A DNA stretch of 64,000 nucleotides. Source: Camelus dromedarius. Lineage: Eukaryota. The DNA lies in NCBI RefSeq assembly GCF_036321535.1, contig NC_087436.1:95296001-95360000 (forward strand). Reading direction: 5' to 3'. Below are positions 12,001-24,436 of this stretch, piece by piece. The first letter of the stretch is position 1, and each line of letters begins with the position of its first letter. Both the position numbers and the translations under genes were made by a program. The notes beneath the pieces were generated by a model. It did no database searches. It saw only the letters and a program-made list of their open reading frames with translations, and was not told where the DNA came from.

Positions 12001-15000
12001 TTTAATATTCTGATGGTTTTATTAACAAGTATATAATACATATATTGCATACTGTATATAGTATATGAGGACTGTACAGTACAAATTTATGTTCACAGTT
12101 TGACATGACAAAATGTCATTACTGAATTCCCATTGGACTACAGAGTAGAAACAGAGAAGGTACATTAAACATTCACATCTTTAGTAAGAAAGATTACCAA
12201 AATGTTTCAGTATTTGCAAGTATACTAATGCATGCTAAAAACCTTTACCCATTCAGTCTTATTAGCTTATAAAATATATTACACTTTATTAAAAATTTCT
12301 GCATAGTTTATACAAGTATTAAAGTACTGTAAATGTAATAATCCTGCTACACTTGCAGGTATGGTTTAAGAGATGCTAAGCAGAAAGATTATTTTGACCC
12401 ACTAACACTAAATACATAACAGCAAAAAAAAGAAAAAAAAAGTGCTAGTATTTGTAAAACATAATATTGTTGTAGCCCTCGTTTAATGCATGTAAAATGG
12501 CTTTGTAAATGTATTAAGTGAATTTGCAATCATTTAGAAATTGTTAACCTTGACCAAGAAGAGACTAAAGACAACTGTGAGCAACTTCATGTGTGACAGC
12601 AATTCCTTCAAGATGACAGTGTATTTTCAAACCAATCAAAATATTTTAAAACTTAGATCTGAGATTGTCTTTGAAACAATCTAATCAGGAATGATGTCCA
12701 GATAGACAGTTATCAGCAATAGTTTTTCAAATTCCACATTAGTGCAACACTGATAGTGCAGATGGGTGTTTAATAAAATATACACATACGTATATAGTTC
12801 CCCTGTAAATCTGTCCCAAGGCTCTTGAAACTTCTGGTATTTAGCATTTCCTTAGTTGAACATAGCTATGCTGCTAACACGTTCTCCAAGCCAGGCGATG
12901 TAGAATGTTAATGCCCATTTATGATGTAGATTCGCATTTTAGAACTCTAGAATATAATGAATGCAGATTTTCATTTTTCTGACTTCTTCTCCATGATGAC
13001 ACTTGGATAATAATCAAAGAATTCTATAACAAACAGAATTTACAACACTAACTTCGTGTTACAAATCATTCTCATCAATTTAAAATATTGCAATTAAAAT
13101 CACCATTGATAGTTAACATGGCTTATTATCAAAACCACACGTTCAAGGGCACCTTATCTTGTATTGGAGGTCTTCCACCATAATAGCTAAAAATTACTAA
13201 GAGACTAAATTTCTCAACTATCATAGTAAAATACAAATATATATAAAAAAAGGAAAATTTGTTACAAGCCAATTGGTAACTAAAGTATACAGACCAGCAT
13301 GGGAACAGAGAATAGCTTCCCTGGTTGCTTTTTTCAGGGTTAAAATGAAATCTTTGTTAACAAACTGTTAGTATCACCTGAGCAAGCTGAATAGTAATGT
13401 AATAGTCCTGGCAGGGTCTTGCTTGCTTTTTAGAAAAAAATTTAAATATGCCATAGCAAACACATCAAATTCCATGAGAACCCATGAAGATTTCTATTAG
13501 CTGGACTTAGACTCAAAGCTCATTAGTCAAATATCAACTTGACCCTTTCTTGCCACTTTTCCCCACCTTCTAGGTGGGTCAGAACATACATAAACTGGTT
13601 ACTTCCATTAAAACAAAGAAGCTCTTCTTACTCCAACGTAATTCTTCGGTGCGTTGTGGAAGGACCATTTCAAGCAATAAACACTTTGGCATGAAGGTGG
13701 CTAACATTTACAATACAGACAACACCTACGTGCCCAAGAGCCATTTTTTAAATCCCTCAATTCATGTCATAGTTGCAAAAAAAAAAAAAAAAAAAAAAAA
13801 AAAAGCGCCTAATAAGGATGTTTTAATATTCTAAACAAATCTTGCAGTGCTTAAAATAGAAAAAAAAATAAAGAAAATAAAAACCAAGTGCCAAGATGAC
13901 AAATTACTTTGCATTTCTCAACTACATCTCCTCTCAGTTGGTTCCGAGGGGCTGATAAGCGGGGTCTCTGAGGTGTGCAGTCCCTACAACTACCTTTTAT
14001 TAACACAGCGCCATCAGAGTAAGCTCCCCACGTGGTTTGCAGGCCTCCAGAGTCACTCACGCACCGATGTCTCAGAAACCAGTGACTGTATTCCTCCCAG
14101 GTAGGGTTGTGTTGGATCCTGAGTTGTGGCTGGGATCAGTCTTCAGGATTCCATTCTTCTCTCTGCTCCTCCATCCTTTGTCGAGGGATGAAGGTGCGTC
14201 TGCTTATACGCACTCACATTTAGACCACTGCCGCCCAATTTCTTCAAATTTAGGACCAATGGCATTTCTACGCATGAATTCTTTTTATTGGCATTGATAC
14301 TCTGGTGCTCAAAAGCCTGCTTTTGAAAAACTTCCCTCAAATAATGGTGCTATTCATCTTCCACATAAACACGAGTGATTTTCGGTTTGTTCCTCTGACA
14401 GGATCCCAGATAATGAAAGGAGATTGCCGGCTCCAACAGGAAACGTTTGGGAATTTCTGAGCTACATATATGAATCCCTGAACTGTGGTTTTCTAGATTT
14501 TTCAGAAATCTGTCCCTCAAAGAAAGCTATGTGTGCTTCACAACTATATATTTACAAATAGTGTCACTCAGGTCTTAAATGGAAGGAAACTAATAAAGCA
14601 TTAGCAGGTATGTGTCATGAACAGAGATGACAGGCAGTCTGGCACCGGACAGCTCACATGAAGAGTTACCGTAGGAGAGCTCTATGATAATTTGATATGG
14701 GAATACAATGGCCACTCAACGTTTCCCTGTTTGCAAAAGTGGTGTTAAGCAGGTTGGGGAAGAGGTCACTCATACCCTTACTCAAAAGATTTTTTTTTTT
14801 ACCATTATTGGGCAAATACTTTTGTGGTGTCCCTACGATCAATGCTTGGCGATCCACATTAAGGACATCGTAAGAATGGAGACGGGTGCGTGGATAACCC
14901 CATCAGCACCTGGCTTTGCAGTGGGGTCCCGCACAGCTAAATCTGCATGGAGATCAAAGCTCTAGGAGCGTGCTGCCCAGCTAACCAAATGATGAATTCT

Positions 15001-15779
15001 CACTGAAAAGCCTTAGCCCAGCAGGAGAGGCTGGCTTCCCCCTTCACCCGCCCTGCTCAGCCCCTGTGCTCCGACTCCATGTTATGCAAGTACAGCATTC
15101 ATCCCCTCCACGGAGGACATCGCTCACCTAAATCAGCAGCTCTGGCTCACCTCCCAGTGGCGGCAAAGACCTCCTTAGTAGCTGGAGGCACAAAGGAGGG
15201 TAAAGGATGTAAATTTAGATGAAGTGCTAAATCCAAGTTGACAAGTTGGATTTGTGCAGGACAATGGAAGAGCTGACTGCACTAGTCTGACATCCTGCTG
15301 CTTGGCTGTGGAAGGCTCCACCTTTCTTTTCACCGTGGAGCTGAAGGCCATCGCAGGGCTCAGAGGTCTGGATGTCTCTGGCAAGGACTAGCAGGCTGGA
15401 TACTGTATTTCTAATACATTTACTTTGACGTTCTTTTGAGGAATACATGGAGAAACCGACAATTGGTTGTTACTTTACATGTTCCCTTGTTCTCATAACA
15501 TTAAACGTATCTCTAAGAAGGGTTTGCTTAGCATCCCCAGAAAAGGAAAAAAAAAAAAAGTGTTCACATTCTTTAGGTCTGACCCGTGGTAAGGAGAGGG
15601 AGGATTAGAGAATATTTACTACTGACCATATGGAAGTTTGAATGATAGAAATTCAGAGATTCAGACCAGCTGAATCCAAATTAAAATGTACATGTAAAAA
15701 ATGAATTAGATAATGGAAGAGAGGGCAGAGAGAGAGCTGGGTGAGTGGGGAGCCACGCGGAGGCGGGAGACGGACGCAT
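12001..15779 (-). other. KLF3: KLF3 3'UTR (~3.8 kb)
   Basis: AU-rich sequence without recognisable repeats, running from the stop codon to AATAAA (12023-12018), followed by GU-rich TGTGATCATGTGAGT. Confidence 0.8.
12018..12023 (-). terminator. Distal polyadenylation signal AATAAA
   Basis: Plus-strand TTTATT; GU-rich element ~20-40 nt downstream on the minus strand; marks the end of the miRNA-seed-rich block. Confidence 0.75.
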
Positions 15780-15961
15780 TCACACGAGCATGTGGCGCTT
15801 CCTGTGCAGGGCCAGGTGGTCAGAGCGGGAGAAGCTGCGGTCACAGTCTGGACACTGGAAAGGTTTGATTCCAGTGTGTTTTCGGAAATGTCTTGTGAGT
15901 TCATCAGACCGAGCAAACTTCCATGTGCATCCTTCCCATGTACATTTGTAGGGTTTTTCTC
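15780..15961 (-). CDS. KLF3: KLF3 exon 6 coding part (182 nt), zinc fingers 2-3, ending ...[11 protein letters not shown]
   Basis: Acceptor tttctgcag|GAGAAAAACCC; translates [59 protein letters not shown] with TGA at 15782-15780. Confidence 0.97.
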
Positions 15962-18062
15962 CTGCAGAAAGAGGAGGAAAAGTGTTTATTTTTTTTTTAA
16001 AGCAATAGGATATTAATAACCAAAGACAGTAAATATTTTTGAGCTATAGCTCTTGACAAATGTTATTTCCAAAATATGTTCATACGTTTGTCCCTTATAA
16101 ACCAGTGCCTTATAAACCACTACGGGACAAACAAAAATTCATTAATTGTCTTAATATTTAATGAGCTCTCTGTCTCCAAAGAGGGGTGGGTGTATATTTC
16201 AAGAGTTCTTAAAGCATATTTATGGCACTGAAACCCATTCTGAGGGGCTACCAAATAATTTCAGGTTTGCCCTCAATAGTGGGGATGAATAACTTAGCAC
16301 CTGGTGATCTGTATTTATTGCTCTCCAAGCCATAAACCTACTTAGTTGCTTAGTTTTATGCCGTGCTATCCATTCAATGAGAAGTCCAATTGGGAAGTTT
16401 GAGAGATTTTCTTATTCTTTTCAACAGTTTTCTAAAAACTTGAAGTCTTTGAAATACGTCAGGGATTTCAACATTTTATTTTTTGTTCAGTCAATGATGA
16501 CAATGCCTAAGTATAAAGCTTTAATTCGGATGCACAGAAAATACAGTAATTCCTCTCCATACTGTGACAAGTCAGGTTTCTATAACCCCCTCCTGTGGGA
16601 TACTGATCATATCAGGTGCGGAACAGGAGACCCTTGTGGGGAAATCGCTGGGACAGCCAGCATGAAGTTCCTTACAAATAAAAGGGCTGTAAATGAAAGC
16701 CCTACATATTTAAATTAATAATAACAGGTAGTGGGCATCACAGATTCATTCCCATTTACTATTCCTTGTTTTCTAGAAACCCTAAAGGATGCCATTCCTT
16801 GGCATTTCAATGAGATATTTCAGAATTTAAATGATCTACTTTGCTGCGCAGAGTATAAAAGCTAAGGGTTATTCTTCCTACATCTCTGAATTGTTGTCCA
16901 AATAGCCGATGCCTTTCTAGTCTTAGGCTGGACTGTGGTAACAACTTCCACCTCTCAGGTCCCATTCATGCCCTGGGGACGCTTTCATGATTCTATTTGG
17001 CACTGCTGCCTGGCTGCTCCTCCAAACACCACCAGCAGCTCTCTGCTTTATAACCCATCAGGAAGCCAAAGAACAGCTGTACTTGGGCTGAACTCCCTCG
17101 GCGTCCTCTGCCCCCTCCCCAGGAGGCACTGGAAAGTCTTTACTTCCGCTCTGCCAGACACTTTCTTCCCCTTTTCTCCTCTAAATCCCAGACTCTTCTC
17201 TATGTAAGAATGACTCACAAGATGCCAGAAATTCTCCACTGAGTTAAGGAAAATGTACAGAAGCGGAAATTGCTGTTACACTAGAAATTCACATCCAAGA
17301 GTGTGAGGTTAGGTCAGATGAGTCCTACCACAAACATTAAGCACCAACACTGACTGCAATTAACCAGGTTGTTGAAAACATTTCTGCACGAATTCCTTAA
17401 GATGTTTTGCTACAAAATGTTCACGAGCTCACAGAACAATTTTATGTTTTCTTCACCCATTTAAAAATGTTTATAAGGTCTGGTGGCACAGCTCGCTCTA
17501 CATTCAACACTGGGCAGGTTGAAAAATACCCTAAAACAAATATGGCAGGCAATCACATAAAAGTTCCCTTAGTCTTAGAAGAGGATAATTATCTCAATTT
17601 CTTCACTTTTCTTTCTTTCAGTGACTGTTTTCCATTTGAATTCCATTTCTATAAACTGTTCTGCATAAAGAACTGTTTGTTTTTTTAACCATTGCAAATT
17701 TGATAACGTACAACATTTATTAAATGACAGCCCACGGGTAAGGGCACTTCCTCCTCTGTTCCCAGCAGAGGTTCCATGTCCTGCTCTCTCCCTGACTCCA
17801 GTGACCACAGAACTGCAAGCAGGTGTGAGGGGCCTTGTGACAGGGATAACCCTGAGTCTAGTCTATTACAAAAACAAATCATGAGCAAAAACTTCACTTC
17901 TCACAACTGACAAGAGACATCTGCAGCCAACTACAGTAACTTTCAAGACGCCTGGAAAACTTTCATCATAACAATCTCTGAAAGCCAGAACGCTTGTCTT
18001 TAACAGTCCACTACAGTACTTCCAAAGAAAGATGAAGTGAGTCTGGTATATATTTCTAGTAC

Positions 18063-18223
18063 CTGTATGTGTTCTTCTGTGTGCTTTCAAGTGAGAGCTT
18101 TTAGTGTACACTTTGTTGCATCCGTCATAATCACATCTGTGTATCCGCCGCTTCCTCTGGGTGTCTGGGGACTCCACAGGTAAAGGTCTCTTCCCGGGCT
18201 GCACGATGACTGAAGGGTGATTC
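18063..18223 (-). CDS. KLF3: KLF3 exon 5 (161 nt), basic region and zinc finger 1
   Basis: ORF 17866..18204 (-) [47 protein letters not shown]; acceptor ttcctag|GAATCAC, donor ACAG|gtacta. Confidence 0.97.
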
Positions 18224-18384
18224 CTAGGAAAGCCAATGTCAAATGCAAAATGTTGAGTGAAAGGCTCTTCCTTCCCTTCCGTCTACCAAAAGCATTAACA
18301 ACACTGGGCAAAAAACAAACAAACAAACAAACCCAACAAAATAAATAAAAACAAATTAGCTGATCAACCCAAGAAGCACTGCTA

Positions 18385-18560
18385 TATTCATTCAACAAAC
18401 ATGGAGTGAGCACCTACCATGAGCCAGGCACTGTGCTTGGCACCGGGACACAAAGATGAATAAAAACAGGGTTCCTGCCCTGGAGGAGCTCACACTCTAG
18501 GGGGAGACAGACATGTAGATAAGTAAGGACAGTAAGAAGGGTTAGGTGCCACGCTCGAGG
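18385..18560 (-). mobile_element. L2 3' end
   Basis: ATTCATTCAACAAACA...GAGCACCTACCATGAGCCAGGCACTGTGCT...CCTGCCCTGGAGGAGCTCACACTCTAG. Confidence 0.75.
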
Positions 18561-20214
18561 GAGGCGCAAAGTGCTAGGAGAGTCTCTTTCCCTCAATAAA
18601 AATTTGCCATCTTGTAGAACTTCGTGCTCCTAGGCGATGCTGAACTCTGTACTATGTTTTCTCACAGGTTGCCCTAGTTTCCATTTATTGTTCTAGGGGA
18701 AGATGTACAAGGTCAAATTCCTAAGTCTCAGGCAACCACACTGTAGGATGTAACTGTTTTAGCCTTTATATAATTGGCATTTCATTTGAGTCTTAAAGAG
18801 ACTCAATTCACATTTGGTTTTCAAATGCTGGCTCTTCCAAGACGTAAAAAAAAGGTGGCACTGCTGTCATCACAAACCCAGACTTTTACTGTCACTAGTA
18901 TCCCTGCTCCAAGAGGAACTTCAGGCAGTGCTGGCGGCCAGGCGAGGAGGCCCCTCACCCAGGACGCGGGTGGGCTCCAGGCGCAGGGCCCGCTCCCCCA
19001 CCGGCTGCCTGACGTCCTCCCACTCCCGGCTGCTCTCGCCCAGACTCCACTCCCACACCTGCACACCTTCCCATGATGGATTTGAAATTAAATCACATTA
19101 AACATGGTTGCTATGAACTTTCTTTTTCAGGAAATTCTGGTGGAGAGAAAAGGCAGATGGGGAAGAGATGGGAAAAAATTTGTAGTTTTTTCAGGTTTCC
19201 TTGCTGGTTGACGTAAGTAATTTAAAAGCTCCAATTCACCCACTTGCTTTCCTAATGCCTAATTACGTGATATACCACAAGTTTATGTAGTTGGCCTCTA
19301 ACTGTAACCGACTTCTTTTTCTTTTGAATCTAAAATCTAAAGCTCTTAAAATGTTCCAAATAACATATGAATGTTTTGAACAAGTACGTATGGGGGGAAA
19401 AAACTGGTGAAAAGAAAAAAAAGAACTTGAGGTAAACAAGCAATCTTGTGAGATAAAAAAGAAAAAAAAAAAGAGATAAAATTTAGCCATAAAAATCAAG
19501 AGAGTCCCTGAAATGAAACTTGTTTTTTATCTTGGTAAAAATGTTAAGAAGTACACATGCCGCATCAACAACTTTTTCAGGCACCCTAAGAAGTGACTAG
19601 GAAGCGAATAACAAGTGCATTTTATCTTAAGTAACCTTACTTCTCACTTATTATTAGCAAAGAAAACTCAGTTTTGAGTATCACTTTACCTTCCTACCCC
19701 ATGCTTAGACAGATGATACAAAAGAATAAAAGAGCCAAGTTTAGACACATGGAAAAGTGAGCACGAACTAGTGACGGGGGTGGAGGGGCTGGGGAAGAAA
19801 AAGGACTTCAATTATAGAAACGTACAAAGAGCAGAGAAAACACAAGTGAGAGGTTTATGTACAGAGTTTTTATAAAGTCGAATTATTAATCTAAGATCCT
19901 TCAACAAAAAGAACAGTTATCAGTTTATTTCTAACTTTCAACTTTAATGCCATCGATTGAAAATGTTTCATCTTCACTAAGAGAACTTGAGGAAATAGAA
20001 TGCTGAGGGGAAAAAAATAAATGGCTAAAGGTATCTCATGTGCCCCTGGGACACAGAGAGAATCCCACATGACTTTAGAAGTCTCTCCCAGTTATTAGGT
20101 TTTATGGGTTGGGAATCTGTTTAATAGTTTCTGGGCAGTAGTTACAATTGCTTTTTCAGTTGCTCATTTTATGAAAATGTTACCCTCAAAAAAGGTACCC
20201 AACAAGGCTGTGTG

Positions 20215-20400
20215 CTCCAGCTTTAAATTCCAGCTCTGCCACTAGATAGCCCCTGTGACCCTTGGCAAGGGGGTCCTCTCTGTAAGATGAGGATGAGAAT
20301 AAAATGACCTCAGGAGGCTTTGTGAGTAATACATGCAGAGCACTTACAAGAATGTTATCTGTTCCAGATGCAAATCTACTGAAAGGTAGCTGCTAATATT
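20215..20400 (+). mobile_element. MIR fragment
   Basis: TTAAATTCCAGCTCTGCCACTAG...TGTGACCCTTGGCAAG...TCTGTAAGATGAGGATGA. Confidence 0.6.
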
Positions 20401-23131
20401 TCAAGGTTCAGAAACCCATTTGCATACTTTGCCCCTGCAGCTGTTTAATTTCATGAGGGTTTTTTTGGGGATGTCCCAACATCAGATCAGGAAATCTCTA
20501 CTCCAGCCAACATCTCCCTCGAAAGCCAGCATCACTCAAGAGTGGTCAGCAGCCCATCTCTAAAGAGCCGGATGTTGGTACAGGCTGCGGCTGGACATCA
20601 GAATCCTGGAATCTCACTCGCCCTTTTTGGTCTCACTGCTCAGTTTTAAGGAGGTTGTTTGGAATCATTACAACCCAGAAGTTAGAACAGCTATTAAATA
20701 TCAGAGACCTGGTCACTGTTTTGAGTTAAGCTCATCCCTCTTAAGTTTGCTACAATTCACACACACAACTCAATGGGAAAATCTGATCCTCCAGCTTCCT
20801 GTTCTAAATATATTTTCACACATGTAAATAGATAACAAAAGAAATCTGATATACATTTGAGTGCCTTTAAAAATAATTCTAAAGCTATAATTCTATGATT
20901 AACCAAATGAATTTCAAAGCTGTATGTTAAAGCCCGCCCTCTAAAGGGTTTCCTAAGGCAAATGTGACTGGGGTTGTCTCATCAAAGTGATACCAGAAGC
21001 CTGGTTTCCAGGGATTCTTTCCTGGCGAGCTGGCTTCCTATGTGGGCTGCTACTGGGCACACTCCAAGGCATTACTTAATCACATCTGTGAGAGAACTAC
21101 TTGAAGAGTACATGTCCCAGTTGTGGCTAATCTCGTGAATTTTCTGAGAGGCAAGATGCATTCTTAGGTCAGCATTAGAATAAGCACATTACTCATTAAT
21201 CATTAAAGGCCATTTAGCTTGAGATCATCAAAAGAACACTGCTTGAAATAAGACAGAAGAAAGACGCAGCATCCTCTTCACAGCAGCACTGAGAGCACAG
21301 TTGTTGCCTCCCTGCCGTGTTACACTGCTGTGCATACCCAGACCTTGGAATAACCCCTTTTCAGGCAGTGGGCCCCTCCCTCTGTGGGCAGTTGGCTTTA
21401 TAGCATCTTTTCCATCACCTGTGCTGGGACAATTACAGGTGCAAGCCAAGTTGACAGTTACCTTGCCAGAGACACCCACCATCCTAAAAAAGAGGTAATT
21501 CAGCCCCCAAGATGTGTCCATTCTGGTCGGTCTTTCTGTTTTCCCTTTCACTCAAGTGCAGAGCAGATGCAGTTGGCTAGATGTGGGCTGAACATGGTGG
21601 GAAGAACACTCATCTGGGAGCAGATCAGGCCAGGTCCCCTCTGCTGTTAACCGTGAGGTTACAGGCGAGTTATTTCTGTCCTGGCTCATCAGTTCTCTAT
21701 CTGCTCTGACTCCCACGTGCGTTTTGGGAGAGAGATGGCTCCTTTGAAAACACTTGGAAAAGCTTCCTTTTAGGGGGCAAAAGAGCACTATGCAACTGTG
21801 AAGGGCAGTGACGTCCAAGTCCATCAGACTCTCTCCCTGCTGACGTGCTTGGGTAAGAAGATTCATTCTCTTCATCTGTCAGGATGACAACCTCTCCTCC
21901 CCCAAATACTGACTATAATTCAGTGCAAATAACAACACACGAGGTATTATGAAGGCATCTACTTGGGTTGAATGTGCATACGACTAAAATATATATGAAG
22001 TTCCATAAAACAGCTATTCTAAAACCAGAGAATTCACATTCTGTTGCATAATTAACTGTATAAGGGAGAAGGGTGCAGAGAGTAAAAGAGAAAGGTGAGC
22101 AGAAAAGTTGGCGAAAAGGTGCTATGGGGAGCAATATGACGGAAGGGAGGCCGAGGAGACAATAATTGTACTTCCTTTGTGCTAAGAAGCCGGCCATTAA
22201 ATCCAATGTCAAAAGCACCTTAACACCAGAAAAATAATCACAAATAATAATGCAAATAAAGAGGAAACAGAAGCAGCAAGACTAAATGACAGGCCAAGGT
22301 CATACAAACAGCGGAGAGCAGAGCTGGGATCCAAGATGTTGTGTCCAAGGGTCACCTTCGTACCCCCTACAAACACAGCCTCCAGTGAAGTCCCTGGCAG
22401 AAGTCAAGGATATCTATAGTGGCAAATCCCATTCATGAAGTTACTTCGCCTGTGTGCGACACCATCACATTATAAACCGCTGTTCAGGTGCGTGGACGCC
22501 AACCAACACAGCGTCAGCTTCCTACTGGGGAGCAGTTCTAAAGCAGCTGAACATTCTAGGGCAGACACGACTGACGAGACCGAAGAGTTCTTTAATGCCG
22601 AGCTTCTCTGAGCAATATGGTCAACTTTCTGTGCCACAGGACTGGTTCTGGAGGATCTTTCTCGTGCGTGTGGTCAGCCTGAAAACGCTGATTAAAGCCC
22701 TTCCCCATCAGATAAACCCTATACTCTATGAGAAGTAACAGGAAGGATGATGTGGGACCCTTTTCAGGATCTAACCTTAAGTGGAGTATCCAGAACACCA
22801 ACCTCAATCCACGTAGGGATAAGGATGGGAAACTATACACACATAGTCTGGAAGGACGGGAAAAAACAACATAACACTGATTTATGAGGTATAGCGGCAA
22901 TACCGTGGGTGACCAATTCACTGAAAACGTGATGTAGTTATCTCAATGCTGTGTGTGTCACAGAGCACACTGTTTTTGGAGAGATTCTCCCATCTGGCCC
23001 AGCGGCTGCCCCGCACGACAAGGTGGTCCCGGCAGTCCACACCACATCCCGCGCTGGAAGCCCGTGCTTCCATTCCAGGCTCCAAGATGCACACCACTAC
23101 GCAAATGCCGGGCATACCTCAGGATACTTAC

Positions 23132-23282
23132 TCTTGCAACAATGCTTGCGGGGGGGACACTGAGTTCATTAAGGGGGGTGACATTTCTTCAGGATAATAA
23201 TCTGTCCTCTGTGGTTCGATCCCAGGTTCTATTTTAATTTTTTTCTGTAATATAGGCTTCTCATATGATTCAATTACAGGTA
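23132..23282 (-). CDS. KLF3: KLF3 exon 4 (151 nt), (V)PVIESYEKPILQKKIKIEPGIEPQRTDYYPEEMSPPLMNSVSPPQALLQ(E)
   Basis: Manual translation; acceptor ttttttag|TACCTG, donor CAAGA|gtaagt; phases fit exons 3 and 5; IKIE SUMO consensus. Confidence 0.96.
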
Positions 23283-23949
23283 CTAAAAAAATAAAAACAG
23301 AAAAGTCACTCTATGTACAGTTCACCAATTTCAGCCTTTAAAAGCTTACTGCACAGCTTCTACCTACTACGCCGTTGTGTGTGTATGTATGTGTCTTTGG
23401 CAAAATGACAGCAGAAATGAATCTGCGGGGGATTCTTTTTCTCCTGACCATAATTCTGCTAGCAAGCATTGTATGTAGGAAGCTGGACTTTTAAGACATC
23501 AACCCCCGGAGGATTTCTTCCTTATGATTTTTGGTTATCTCCTTTTAACCCCAGTCTTCTGCCTCTGACCAGTCAGTGAACAAGGTGGCTCTTAATAGTC
23601 ATCACTATGGTTTAACAGTATTTCTTAAATGTCTTTTTGCACCAAGAACCATGCTGGCATTCAATAAAGCAAAATAAAGTCAAAATCTCTTATCCCAAAG
23701 TTGACAATTACACAGTGAAACTAACTGTTTCATAGTATTAAACAGACAGCCTGATTCTTGGGAGCTCTTCCAGTATCAACACTTAAAAAAAAAAAAAAAG
23801 GAAATGCCTTAGGCAGACTCTAAGTTGACTATTTCCTTAAGAGTTCAACAGCTCTTGGCATCCTTTGCTCCCTCACCCAGACTATCTGGTGAAGACCAGT
23901 AAGGACACACAAAGCAGGAGCAGCAGTGTGGGTGAGCAGTGGCGTTTAC

Positions 23950-24436
23950 CTTGCATGCTACTACTGGAATTTTCCATCTCCTCCGACAAGGAGACCATGA
24001 GGGGCTGCTGGAGGTGGCTGGTGTACATGAAGGGGACGGGCTGCACCACGACGGGCTGTATGACGGGCAGGATGCCCGGGCTCCGAATCCCGTGCCGGGA
24101 GAGCGCCGCGGCCATCACGGGCGGCATGGACAGCGGCACGCTGAAGGGCTGCACGCCCGGCGGTGGTGGCGAGTACTTCTTGACGGGCGGGCTGGGCGAG
24201 GGCATGCTCAGCCCGGGCGAGGCTCTCCGGTGTGAGGACTGGAACTTCAGGGAGGACGGAGAGCTCCCAGCCGAGGGCGGTGAACTCCGCTTGTTGACAG
24301 TGAGGTCCACCGGCTCCATCTGCATCCCGTGCGACAGGCCTTCCGAGGTCTGGAAGAACTTGTCCGGCAATGGTGTGGAGTAGATGACGCCGTACTTGTT
24401 GGGCTTCATCGACTCCATGTAATTAGACGGGTATGA
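23950..24436 (-). CDS. KLF3: KLF3 exon 3 (487 nt), repression domain with PVDLT CtBP-binding motif (aa 61-65, 24299-24313)
   Basis: ORF 23882..24418 (-) MESMKPNKYGVIYSTPLPDKFFQ...MEPVDLTVNKR...; acceptor caatag|TCATAC, donor ATGCAAG|gtaaac. Confidence 0.97.

Noticed and set aside
17866..18062. Exon 5 ORF continuing 65 codons into intron 5
   Set aside because: A canonical donor at the conserved TG|EKP zinc-finger linker explains the structure; the extension has no motif.
23865..24383. 172-aa plus-strand ORF antisense to exon 3
   Set aside because: Shadow of a GC3-rich coding exon; non-ATG start and no recognisable features.
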